DNA of 25,915 nt from assembly GCA_037444385.1 (NCBI GenBank), contig JBBIMN010000001.1:1-25915 (forward strand), in the 5' to 3' direction. This DNA comes from Acidobacteriota bacterium (lineage in GTDB: Bacteria; Acidobacteriota; UBA4820; DSQY01). Made by a program: the position numbers and the translations under genes. The notes beneath the pieces were generated by a model that saw only the letters and a list, made by a program, of their open reading frames with translations, was not told the DNA's origin and did no database searches. Below are positions 8,639 to 17,548 of the stretch, one piece after another. Each line of letters opens with the position of its first letter. Within the stretch, counting starts at the first letter, position 1.

Positions 8639-11266
8639 ATGAAGTTGAGCGGTTTTATCCGCAAGGTTTTCGGCCTCGGGCAGTGGCGCCCGGTGGAAGC
8701 CCGCCTTAATCCTCAGGCGGCGCTGCACTTGCGGTACCTCAATTTCAAAGAACTTACAACCTCCAACGACGAGATACTGGAGGTCGTCGCCGGCCTGGAA
8801 CGAAGACTGGACTCCGACTCGCTCTTTGGGATGGGCTACGTCCGGTCCAGGTGCGTTACGGCGGCGACGCACGCCTACCGGATGGTCCAGAACCTGAACG
8901 CCATTTCCAGCCGCCGCTATCCAGAGCTTCTGCTGGTTTTCGGAGACGTTCAACGCGCGATGGAGAGGGCTCTCGACCGCGGACGCGCGCGAAGCGAGGG
9001 GCCGCTCACCTATTCATTAAGAGCCGTGGACCTCTCCCTTGCCGAAAACGTTGGAGGCAAAAGCGCCAACCTCGGGGAACTGAAGAACGGAGCCAAGCTG
9101 CCCGTACCGGAAGGCTTCGCCATTTCCACCAGCGCTTACCATAGCTTCCTGGAAGCCAACCAGTTGGGCGACGAGATTCGCGTCCGCCTTTTGAGCCTTG
9201 ATATTGACGACCTCGAGAACCTCGACCACACGAGCGGCTCCATCCGGCGCCTCATCAGGAAAACGCCGCTTCCCGAAACGCTCGAGGCGGCCATACAGGG
9301 GGCCTACCAGGAACTTTGCGCTTCGCTTGGCCATTCTCCCAGAGTCGCTCTGCGGTCAAGCGCCATCGGCGAGGACGGCCATCTCTCTTTCGCTGGACAG
9401 TACGTGAGCCTGTTGAACGTTATTCCCTCCAAAATCATTGACGCCTACCGCGAAGTCATTGCCGGGCTATACACTCCTCAGGCGATCTACTACCGCGCCA
9501 TCAACGGTATACCAAACGAGGATATTCCAATGGGCGTCGCCTGTTTGGCGATGGTAGAGGCTTCCGCCAGCGGAGTCGCCTGTTCGCTCGACCCCAATCA
9601 TCCCGCTTCGGGGAACATGGTTATAAACGGCGCCTGGGGCTTGGGCGTAGCCACGGTGGGGGGGTCGGTGAGCCCGGACACCTGGGATGTCGCAAAAGGG
9701 CCGGAGCCTTCAATCAAACGAGCCTCCCTCGGGGCCAAGGAGACCTGCATGGAACCTCTTCAGGAGGGCGGCATAGCCCCGCGGCCCCTTCCTGAAAACC
9801 TCCAAACGGCTTTCTGCCTTACTTCTGGCCAGGTGAAAGACCTGGCGCTTCTGATAATGGCGGTTAGAGCGCACTATGACGCGGAACAGGAAGTGGAGTG
9901 GGCGCTCGATTCAAGCGGCCGCTTCTTTCTGATGCAGAGCCGTCCGCTGCATTTTTCCGTGAAGGCCGAGAGCGGCAACGAGCCGGCTCTCGAAGCCGAT
10001 GGCCACCCTCTCGTGCTGCGGGGCGCCTCCGCGGCAACCGGTTGCAGGTGCGGGCCGGTATTTATCTCCATGCGCCCTGACGACATAGGCGGTTTTCCGG
10101 AGGGCGCCGTTCTCGTTGCGCGCCACTCCTCGCCCGAATACGTCAAAGTAATGAACCGCGCCGCCGCGATAGTCACGGACGTAGGCGCCATTGCGGGACA
10201 CATGGCCTCCTTGGCCCGCGAGTTCGCCATTCCGGCCGTTTTTGACGCGAAAGAGGCCACAACGATACTGGCCGACGGAGAGATCGTAACCGTTGACGGC
10301 ACAAGAGGGGCCGTCTACCGCGGGCGAGCTGAAAGCCTGCTTGACGACCCCGGCCAAAGGCGCCCGCGCAAGATGACGGGCACCCCTGTCTACAAGGTCC
10401 TTCAGGAAGTGGCAAGTTTCATCGTTCCGCTGAACCTGACGGACCCGCGATCGCCGGATTTTTTTCCGCGCGGATGCAAAACGATTCACGACATAGCGCG
10501 CTTCGCGCACGAACGCGCCTTCGAGGAGATGTTCCGCCTCAGCGACCGCGTCTCCAAGAACGCTTACCAGGCGATGGTTTTGGAGGCGCGCCTGCCGTTC
10601 GAGCTTTGTCTGATTGACCTGGGCGGAGGACTTTCGCGTCCTTTTGGATCCGGCCGCGTGAAGCCCTCCGAAGTGATTTCGCGTCCAACGGCGGCGTTGT
10701 TAAAGGGCATGTCGGACGCCAAGCTTCGCTGGTGGGAGCCGAAACCGGTCAGCGTGCGCGGGCTTGTATCCGTCGCAACCGAATCGCTCCTTGGCCCCGG
10801 TGACGAGTTCGGCCAGCGGAGGCTTGGGGACCGCAGCTACGCCATAATCGCCGATGCTTATTGCAATTTCAACTCCCGCATCGGCTACCACTTCACGGCG
10901 GTGGACGCCTACTGCTGCGATACGGCCAGCCGAAACTATATAAGCTTCCGGTTCAAGGGGGGCGCCGCGGACGAATTCCGCAGAGCCAACCGCTGTCTGC
11001 TCATTGAAAAAATACTCCACCGTCTCGACTTTCAGGTGGAACGCCAGGGAGATCTGGTAAACGCGAGGTTCAGGAAGTTTCCGCCCGAGGCGCTTTTGAA
11101 ACGGCTGGAGGAGTTGGGGCGGCTGGTTGTCGCCACGCGGCAGCTCGACATGCGGATGGGAGCAAGCGCGGCAATAGAATGGTACGTGGAGGCATTTTTC
11201 AAAGGCAACTATCTGTTTGATCCTGGCGCGGCCGAGGAAAACGGCTCCAAAGGGGCGCCGCCATGA
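8639..11266 (+). CDS. PEP/pyruvate-binding-domain family protein 1 (PPDK_N ATP-grasp + His-swivel domain + uncharacterised C-terminal domain)
   Basis: VGGKSANLGEL, RSSAIGED..SFAGQY, WGLG, EVEWA..QSRP; phospho-His motif GAIAGH(521)MASLAREF; lacks the PEP-utilizers C-terminal TIM barrel motifs. Confidence 0.9.
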   Translation: MKLSGFIRKVFGLGQWRPVEARLNPQAALHLRYLNFKELTTSNDEILEVVAGLERRLDSDSLFGMGYVRSRCVTAATHAYRMVQNLNAISSRRYPELLLVFGDVQRAMERALDRGRARSEGPLTYSLRAVDLSLAENVGGKSANLGELKNGAKLPVPEGFAISTSAYHSFLEANQLGDEIRVRLLSLDIDDLENLDHTSGSIRRLIRKTPLPETLEAAIQGAYQELCASLGHSPRVALRSSAIGEDGHLSFAGQYVSLLNVIPSKIIDAYREVIAGLYTPQAIYYRAINGIPNEDIPMGVACLAMVEASASGVACSLDPNHPASGNMVINGAWGLGVATVGGSVSPDTWDVAKGPEPSIKRASLGAKETCMEPLQEGGIAPRPLPENLQTAFCLTSGQVKDLALLIMAVRAHYDAEQEVEWALDSSGRFFLMQSRPLHFSVKAESGNEPALEADGHPLVLRGASAATGCRCGPVFISMRPDDIGGFPEGAVLVARHSSPEYVKVMNRAAAIVTDVGAIAGHMASLAREFAIPAVFDAKEATTILADGEIVTVDGTRGAVYRGRAESLLDDPGQRRPRKMTGTPVYKVLQEVASFIVPLNLTDPRSPDFFPRGCKTIHDIARFAHERAFEEMFRLSDRVSKNAYQAMVLEARLPFELCLIDLGGGLSRPFGSGRVKPSEVISRPTAALLKGMSDAKLRWWEPKPVSVRGLVSVATESLLGPGDEFGQRRLGDRSYAIIADAYCNFNSRIGYHFTAVDAYCCDTASRNYISFRFKGGAADEFRRANRCLLIEKILHRLDFQVERQGDLVNARFRKFPPEALLKRLEELGRLVVATRQLDMRMGASAAIEWYVEAFFKGNYLFDPGAAEENGSKGAPP

Positions 11267-13851
11267 CCGCTGGCGGCTTTCTGGACTCTTTGAGAAGGCG
11301 CATCCATGGCCGCCATGGGGATGCCAGTGGCATGGATGGATTGCAGGCGAAGTATAACGCCTTCAGCCAGCTGGTGGAGGCTAACACCAGTGCGCTGGAG
11401 ACCGTCTCCGACTTGCAGGCCAAAGTTTCAGGCGACTACGTCTTTGACCGTGTCTATCTCGAAAGCGCAACACGCAAGGCACTGGCTCTTGGGGGCGAAG
11501 TGGCTGGCTTGCTTCAGGAGGTCTCAGGCGGGCGTTACGCCGCGCTGAAGAAAGCGCACTCAAGGTTGGCTGAAGAGGTTGGGGCGGCGCTGAAAGCTTC
11601 ACCGGCAAAGCCTTCGGGGCCTCTGGTGATTGGCCTTGATATGGCGCCAAAATATGCGGAGGAGCTATGCGGCGCCAAAGTTGGCCACTTGGCGAAGATT
11701 CTCGTGGGAGCGGCCCTTCCGGTGCCGGATGGTTTCTGCGTCACGAGCGCCGCCTGCTTTACCTTCCTTGAACAGGGCGGGTTGCTTGAAGCCGCCTCGG
11801 ATATCGTGGAGGGGCTTTCCGTCGTTGACGGGCCGGCTTTGCGTCTGGCCAGCGCGAAGCTCAGAGAGCGCATTCTGTCCACGCCGTGGCCAAAGGACAT
11901 GGCTCAAGCGATTCTACTTGCCTTCGGCCAGCTTGAAGAGCGGCTCGGTGGAAACCTTTTGGTTTCCGTGCGCTCCAGCGCCGCGGGCGAGGATGGCGCA
12001 TTCAGCTTCGCTGGACAGTTCGGAACGCTCCTGAACATAGGGCGCGACGGTCTCTTGAACGCATGCTCCGAAGTGGTGGCCAGCCAGTTCTCCCCGCGGG
12101 CACTCGTCTACTACAAGTCCAAGGGCGTGGCGGAGGGCATCCTGCCGATGGCCATAGGCGTAATCAGCATGGTGGACGCAAGGGCCAGCGGCGTTCTTTA
12201 CACCAGGGACCCGAAGGACCCTCAAAGCGGCGCGATGACTGTAGCCGCTCAGTGGGGCCTTGGCACGCTTACCGTAGACGGCTCTGGAACGCCCGATCTT
12301 TTTTCCGTCAGCCGTAATGAGGGAACCGTCCTTGAAGCGCGCGTGGCGCGCAAGGAGCGAATGGTCCTGTGCAGGGAGGGGGTGGGGCTGACGGAAGTCT
12401 CCGTTCCCGGATGGATGCAAACAAGCCCCTCGCTCACCAACGGCGAGCTGGCTTCGCTCGCTACGTACGGCAACCGGCTGGAAGCCTTCTTCGATGGGCC
12501 GCAAGACGTGGAGTGGGCGCTTGATTCGAGAGGCGTCCTGTACGTTTTACAGTCGCGTCCTTTGAGGTTAAAGGTTCTGGAAACCCCGGTTCTGGATCCA
12601 GCCGCCTTGAGGCGCGGGCTGGCGCCTCTCGTCAGGGAAGGCGTCATAGCAAGCCGCGGCTGCGCGGCCGGCCAAGTCTTTCTCCTTGAAAGCGAAGCGC
12701 GGCTGCCGGAGGTTCCGGCGGGCGCGATATTGGTCGCGAAGACGGCCTCGCCCCGCCTCGCCGAAGCGGTGGGCCGTGTGGCGGGCATTATCTGCGACAC
12801 GGGTTCCTCGGCCAGCCACCTGGGCACCGTCGCCCGGGAGTTCAATATCCCAGCTCTCTTTGATACACGGGCCGCGACACAACTTCTGCGCCACGGTTCC
12901 ACGGTGACGCTTGACGCTGAAATGGGCCACGTCTATTCAGGGACGCTGCCGGAGATCGTGGCGGCGGCCTCGCAACGAAAGGCGAAAGACGGCGCGGCGG
13001 AGCCGCCGCTCCTTCGGCGCGCGAGGGCGGCCGTGTCCCTGCTGGCGCCTCTCAATTTGACCGATCCGCAAAGCCCCGCTTTCAAACCCTCCAAGTGCCG
13101 GTCGCTTAACGACATTTTACGGTTCGCCCACGAAAAGGCCGTGGAGGAAATATTTCTCGCTGGAAGCCGCTTCAGCCGGTCCGGCGGGAGCACCCGCCGC
13201 CTTGCCTCTTCACTGCCCCTGGACTTTCGCTTCATTGACTTGGGAGGAGGGCTCGCGCCTCCGAAAAAGAAGCGTTGCGTCACGCCGGAAGAGTTCCTCT
13301 GCCGGCCTCTGCTTTCGCTTTGGCGAGGGATTGCCGAAGTTCCATGGCCGTCCGGCGCCGCCGCCAGCGCGGGACAGGCGGCGTCTCTGATGATGACAGC
13401 CCTTACTGACACGAGGGGGGACGCTTGGGCGCCAAGCCCCAACTATGCTATTGTCTCCTCTGACGCGCTGAACCTCAGCTTCAGGCTTGGCTACCATTTC
13501 TCCCGCGTGGACGCGCGCATGAGCGAAAACAAAGATAAGAACTACGCCAGTTTCCTCTTTCAGGGAGGCGCCGCGAACGCATCCGGAAAGGCGAGGCGCG
13601 TGGCATTGATCGCCAAGGTTTTGGAAAGAAGCGGCTTTCACGTGACGGCGAAAGGTGACGCCCTCTTCGCCCGAACCGAGCGGGACGGGGAAGAAGAGAT
13701 TGAGGAGAAGCTGAAGGTTCTGGGCAGATTGCTGGCCGCGACGCGGCAGGCCGACACGCTGCTTGGCGATGACGCCTCCGTCGAGGCGGCCCTTGCGGCC
13801 TACCTCGCCGGAGATTTAACGCTTGGATTCGGCAACTCGAAGGAGCTTTAA
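11263..13851 (+). CDS. PEP/pyruvate-binding-domain family protein 2 (paralogue of 8639-11266)
   Basis: CGAKVGHL, RSSAAGED..SFAGQF, WGLG, DVEWA..QSRP; GSSASH(519)LGTVAREF; ATGA overlap with protein 1. Confidence 0.9.
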   Translation: MTAGGFLDSLRRRIHGRHGDASGMDGLQAKYNAFSQLVEANTSALETVSDLQAKVSGDYVFDRVYLESATRKALALGGEVAGLLQEVSGGRYAALKKAHSRLAEEVGAALKASPAKPSGPLVIGLDMAPKYAEELCGAKVGHLAKILVGAALPVPDGFCVTSAACFTFLEQGGLLEAASDIVEGLSVVDGPALRLASAKLRERILSTPWPKDMAQAILLAFGQLEERLGGNLLVSVRSSAAGEDGAFSFAGQFGTLLNIGRDGLLNACSEVVASQFSPRALVYYKSKGVAEGILPMAIGVISMVDARASGVLYTRDPKDPQSGAMTVAAQWGLGTLTVDGSGTPDLFSVSRNEGTVLEARVARKERMVLCREGVGLTEVSVPGWMQTSPSLTNGELASLATYGNRLEAFFDGPQDVEWALDSRGVLYVLQSRPLRLKVLETPVLDPAALRRGLAPLVREGVIASRGCAAGQVFLLESEARLPEVPAGAILVAKTASPRLAEAVGRVAGIICDTGSSASHLGTVAREFNIPALFDTRAATQLLRHGSTVTLDAEMGHVYSGTLPEIVAAASQRKAKDGAAEPPLLRRARAAVSLLAPLNLTDPQSPAFKPSKCRSLNDILRFAHEKAVEEIFLAGSRFSRSGGSTRRLASSLPLDFRFIDLGGGLAPPKKKRCVTPEEFLCRPLLSLWRGIAEVPWPSGAAASAGQAASLMMTALTDTRGDAWAPSPNYAIVSSDALNLSFRLGYHFSRVDARMSENKDKNYASFLFQGGAANASGKARRVALIAKVLERSGFHVTAKGDALFARTERDGEEEIEEKLKVLGRLLAATRQADTLLGDDASVEAALAAYLAGDLTLGFGNSKEL

Positions 13852-15689
13852 TGCCCGCCGGCCTTGCCAAGACCAGAAAAATAGTGCCCCTCGCGGGAAT
13901 GGCGGCCACGACCCTCTTGCTTATCGCGGCCTTCGTGCTGGGCCTCGTCTCCTTCGGCAAGATGCGCCAGGTGGTTACGGAGGAGTTCAACCAGCAACAA
14001 CTCGTCCTGGCGAAAAACCTCTCGGCCCTGATACACCAGGACTTGGATTTTCTTCGCCGGGAGCTCATGGTCTTGAACAGCTCGCCATCCATCCAATACT
14101 CGGAATCGCCATCCTGGCGAAGCCGGATTAAGGTGACGATCGGCTCCATCCAGGGCGAAGAGCTTCTTGAAGTCTGGCGCTGGGAGCCGCTGGATAATAA
14201 TGTGCTCGTCATGGACAGGAACGGCAGCGTGCGCGGCGAGGCATGGCCGTTCGCGAAGGACAAATTGGCGGCCTGGGCGAAGGACGAATCGCACCGCAAC
14301 AAGATCATGCTGGTTGCCGTTCCAGACTCTATTGGCGCGCGTTACAAAGGGAAGGCGCTGCTGTTGATGGTGGTCCCAAACTACCAGGTGTCTCCCGATG
14401 AAGCGCACGCCTTCCCTTCCGGCCGTTTCTCCGGCGCGCTGGCCTTTCTTCTGGACGCCTCAGCCGTGGCGTCGCGCTTCGTTGACGATGCGCGTTCGGG
14501 CGGCACCGGCTACGCGTGGGTGATTGACGGCCAGGGGACATTTCTGGCCCATCCAAAGCGCGAGTTCATCGGGCGCAACGCCTTCACGGCGCGGCGAGAG
14601 GAGTATCCCTCCCTGGGTTTCGAGCGGATCAATGAAATCATGCGCGACCAAATGCTGAAAGGGCGAGAGGGAACTGGCGAGTACGTTTCGGGCTGGCACC
14701 GGGATGTAGCGGGGCCGGTCGAGAAGCTGATCGCCTATTCGCCGGTGGAGGTTGACAACGGCCCGCCGGGCCTCTTCTGGTCCGTTGCCGTCGTCGCGCC
14801 TACAAGCGAGGTGCAAGGCCTGGTGCGCGCTCTCTTCATGCGCCAATTCTTCATTCAGGCGGCAATATTTTTGGCCATCGTGGCGGGCGCATTTTCGGTC
14901 GTGCGCCTCGAGCGCTACTGGTCGCGCTTGCAGAAGCAGAAGGAGCGGGAGATAAATCTCTCCAGCCGCCTGGCCGCACTTGGAACGCTTGCCGCCGGAG
15001 TGGCTCACGAGATCAACAATCCCGTGGCGATCATACTTGGCTTCACGGACCTGCTTTTGGAAAAGTTCCCGGAAGGGGCCGAGGGACACGACCAGCTCAA
15101 GATCATCGAGCGTCAGGGGTTGGCGTGCAAGAAGATCGTGGAGAACCTGGGCCGCTTCGCGCGCATTCCAGAGCAGCGCGACGAAACCAGCGACGTGAAC
15201 GAGGAGGTCCGCCGCGTGGTGGCCATGGTCAACAACACTCTTCTCACGGAGAAGATCGTTTGCAAGACCGAGCTGGAAGACGGGTTGCCGAAGGCCATGG
15301 GCGATCCGCAGGGGCTCGGACAGGTCCTTCTCAATCTCATCACGAACGCGCGGGCGGCGATGAAAAGCGGAGGCGCGCTTACCATAGGAACCCGTCTTGA
15401 TGGCGCCTTCGTGGAACTGCGGGTGAGCGACACCGGAAGCGGGATACGCAAACGCGACCTGGCCCACATTTTCGACCCCTTCTTTACGACGAAGGCCCCG
15501 GGAGAGGGCACCGGGCTTGGTCTTTCGATCAGCCACGGCATCATCGAAAGGGCGGGAGGCACCATGGCGGTCCAAAGCCGCCACGAGGAGGCGGCGGCGG
15601 GCGAATCCAGCGGAACGACATTCGCGGTAAGGCTTCCGGTGGCGGACACAATACGCCGGGATGGCCAATCAAAAGGAGAATTACAATGA
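13851..15689 (+). CDS. membrane sensor histidine kinase with periplasmic dCache-type domain
   Basis: TM - about 300 aa periplasmic region (GYAWVIDGQGTFLAHP Cache motif) - TM; GVAHEINNP, DTGSGI, GEGTGLGL; TAATG overlap with the upstream stop. Confidence 0.92.
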   Translation: MPAGLAKTRKIVPLAGMAATTLLLIAAFVLGLVSFGKMRQVVTEEFNQQQLVLAKNLSALIHQDLDFLRRELMVLNSSPSIQYSESPSWRSRIKVTIGSIQGEELLEVWRWEPLDNNVLVMDRNGSVRGEAWPFAKDKLAAWAKDESHRNKIMLVAVPDSIGARYKGKALLLMVVPNYQVSPDEAHAFPSGRFSGALAFLLDASAVASRFVDDARSGGTGYAWVIDGQGTFLAHPKREFIGRNAFTARREEYPSLGFERINEIMRDQMLKGREGTGEYVSGWHRDVAGPVEKLIAYSPVEVDNGPPGLFWSVAVVAPTSEVQGLVRALFMRQFFIQAAIFLAIVAGAFSVVRLERYWSRLQKQKEREINLSSRLAALGTLAAGVAHEINNPVAIILGFTDLLLEKFPEGAEGHDQLKIIERQGLACKKIVENLGRFARIPEQRDETSDVNEEVRRVVAMVNNTLLTEKIVCKTELEDGLPKAMGDPQGLGQVLLNLITNARAAMKSGGALTIGTRLDGAFVELRVSDTGSGIRKRDLAHIFDPFFTTKAPGEGTGLGLSISHGIIERAGGTMAVQSRHEEAAAGESSGTTFAVRLPVADTIRRDGQSKGELQ

Positions 15690-16102
15690 GCGCTAAACTC
15701 TTGGTCCTTGACGACGAAGTGGACATGCTAAGCCTGCTTGAGGCGATCATAACCGGGCGGACCGGCCACGAGGTCGTCGCTTCCAATAACCCGCTCGAGC
15801 TGGAGGATCTGATGGAAGCCAACAATTTCGACCTTGTCATAACCGATCTCAAGATGCTTGGCAGAGACGGGCTTGAGGTGATGGAAAAGGTCCGCCAAAA
15901 GGACGATACCATCCCCGTGGTGATCATCACCGCTTACGGCAGCCTCGAATCCGCGCAGGAAGCGGTCCGAAAGGGCGCTTACGACTACATCGCCAAGCCG
16001 TTCAGGAAAGAACAGGTGCTGTTAGCCGTCGAGAGGGCGCTTGAATGGCGGCGCATCACGCTGGAGAACCGGCGGCTCAAAAGCGAAAAGGGGCGGACTT
16101 GA
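15686..16102 (+). CDS. stand-alone response regulator (NtrC-type REC plus linker helix, no AAA+ domain)
   Basis: LVLDDE, VITDLKM, YIAKPF; ends ALEWRRITLENRRLK shortly after REC; ATGA overlap with the kinase. Confidence 0.92.
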   Translation: MSAKLLVLDDEVDMLSLLEAIITGRTGHEVVASNNPLELEDLMEANNFDLVITDLKMLGRDGLEVMEKVRQKDDTIPVVIITAYGSLESAQEAVRKGAYDYIAKPFRKEQVLLAVERALEWRRITLENRRLKSEKGRT

Positions 16103-16154
16103 CCTTATGGCCCTGCCAACTTGTGAACTTGTCTCCTGATGAAGGAACCCTTCC

Positions 16155-17543
16155 ATGAAGATGGCTTCGTTTCCGAGGCTTGTGGTGGCTGGTCTCTCGG
16201 GAGATTCCGGTAAAACGGTTCTCGGCCTTGGTATGCTCCTGCTGGCGCGCGAGCGCGGCATGGCCGTAGCGGCCTTCAAGAAGGGGCCCGATTACATTGA
16301 CGCCGCGTGGCTGCGCTGGGCATCAGGAAACAAGGCGCGAAACCTGGATACCTATCTCATGGGCTTCGACAAGGCCCAAGCCTCATTCGCCCGCCACGCG
16401 CTTCAAGACGGGCTCAACGTCATCGAAGGGAACCGCGGACTTTACGACGGCTTCGACGCCAAAGGGACCCACAGCACGGCGGAGCTTGCGAAGGCATTGG
16501 GCGCGCCGGTTCTCTTGGTGATCAACGCCACCAAGGTTACCAGGACGGTAGCCGCCATGGTTCTTGGCTGCCAGCGATTCGATTCTGGCGTGGCTTTTGC
16601 GGGGGTTGTCCTGAATCAGGTGAGCGGGAAACGCCACGAGCGGGTCATCAGGGAGGCGATTGAGGCGTCGTGCGGCTTGAAGGTCCTGGGGGCGCTGCCG
16701 CGCGGGGCCGGAAATGTTCTGCTGCCCTGGCGGCATTTAGGGCTCGTGACGCCGGAGGAGCATCCGCATCTGGCCGATCTATCATCTTCGGTGCTGGCTC
16801 TTTGCCGAGATCATCTTGATTGGGGGGCCATCCTCGCCGCGTCCGAAAAGGCCGCCCCGATTGAGGTTCTGGCTGAACCGAAGCCCCGGGCGCATTCGGC
16901 GGAGCGAGTCAGGATAGGGGTCGTGATGGATTCGGCCTTTACCTTTTACTATCCGGAGAACATCGAAGCGCTTGAGGATGGCGGGGCTGAAATCGTGCCG
17001 GTTTCGCCATTGCGTGACGTGATTTTTCCCATGGGCATTCAAGCCCTTTACGCCGGAGGCGGGTTCCCCGAGACGCACGCTCACGCGCTTTCGGCAAACA
17101 GTGCGTGGCTCAATGGCCTGCGCGTGGCCTGCGAGAATGGCCTTCCGGTCTACGCCGAGTGCGGCGGGCTGATGCTTCTTTCAAAAGCGATCCATTGGGA
17201 AGGCCGCCGGTATCCTATGGCCGGGGCGCTGCCGGTGGAGGTGGCGGTCCATCCCTCGCCCCAGGGCCACGGTTACGCCGAGTTGAAGGTTGACCGCGAG
17301 AATCCTTTCTTCCCCGCCGGCTCGCGGATAATGGGCCACGAGTTTCACTACTCGGCCCTCGCGCCTTCAGAAACTCCCGTCGCCACGGCATGCCGCGTCG
17401 TCAGAGGTACCGGTGTTGGAGAGGGCCGTGACGCGATAATCGCCAACAACGTCTGGGCCTCATACACCCACGTTCACGCCGCGGGAACACCCGAATGGAG
17501 CCGCGGCCTGCTCTCCGCCGCCCGCGCTGCGCCAAAGCGATAG
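16155..17543 (+). CDS. cobyrinate a,c-diamide synthase family amidotransferase (CbiA/CobB; possibly DsrN-type siroheme amidase)
   Basis: GDSGKT P-loop, FKKGPDYID, IEGNRGLYDG, RHLGL, glutaminase YAECGG, GHEFHYS and YTHVH. Confidence 0.9.
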   Translation: MKMASFPRLVVAGLSGDSGKTVLGLGMLLLARERGMAVAAFKKGPDYIDAAWLRWASGNKARNLDTYLMGFDKAQASFARHALQDGLNVIEGNRGLYDGFDAKGTHSTAELAKALGAPVLLVINATKVTRTVAAMVLGCQRFDSGVAFAGVVLNQVSGKRHERVIREAIEASCGLKVLGALPRGAGNVLLPWRHLGLVTPEEHPHLADLSSSVLALCRDHLDWGAILAASEKAAPIEVLAEPKPRAHSAERVRIGVVMDSAFTFYYPENIEALEDGGAEIVPVSPLRDVIFPMGIQALYAGGGFPETHAHALSANSAWLNGLRVACENGLPVYAECGGLMLLSKAIHWEGRRYPMAGALPVEVAVHPSPQGHGYAELKVDRENPFFPAGSRIMGHEFHYSALAPSETPVATACRVVRGTGVGEGRDAIIANNVWASYTHVHAAGTPEWSRGLLSAARAAPKR

Positions 17544-17548
17544 ATACA

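Noticed and set aside
14460-15668. 402-aa minus-strand ORF (and similar long antisense ORFs at 2681-3325, 2743-3615, 18077-18724, 21943-22968)
   Set aside because: Each fully overlaps a motif-supported gene on the opposite strand, has no recognisable motifs, and is expected at this GC content.
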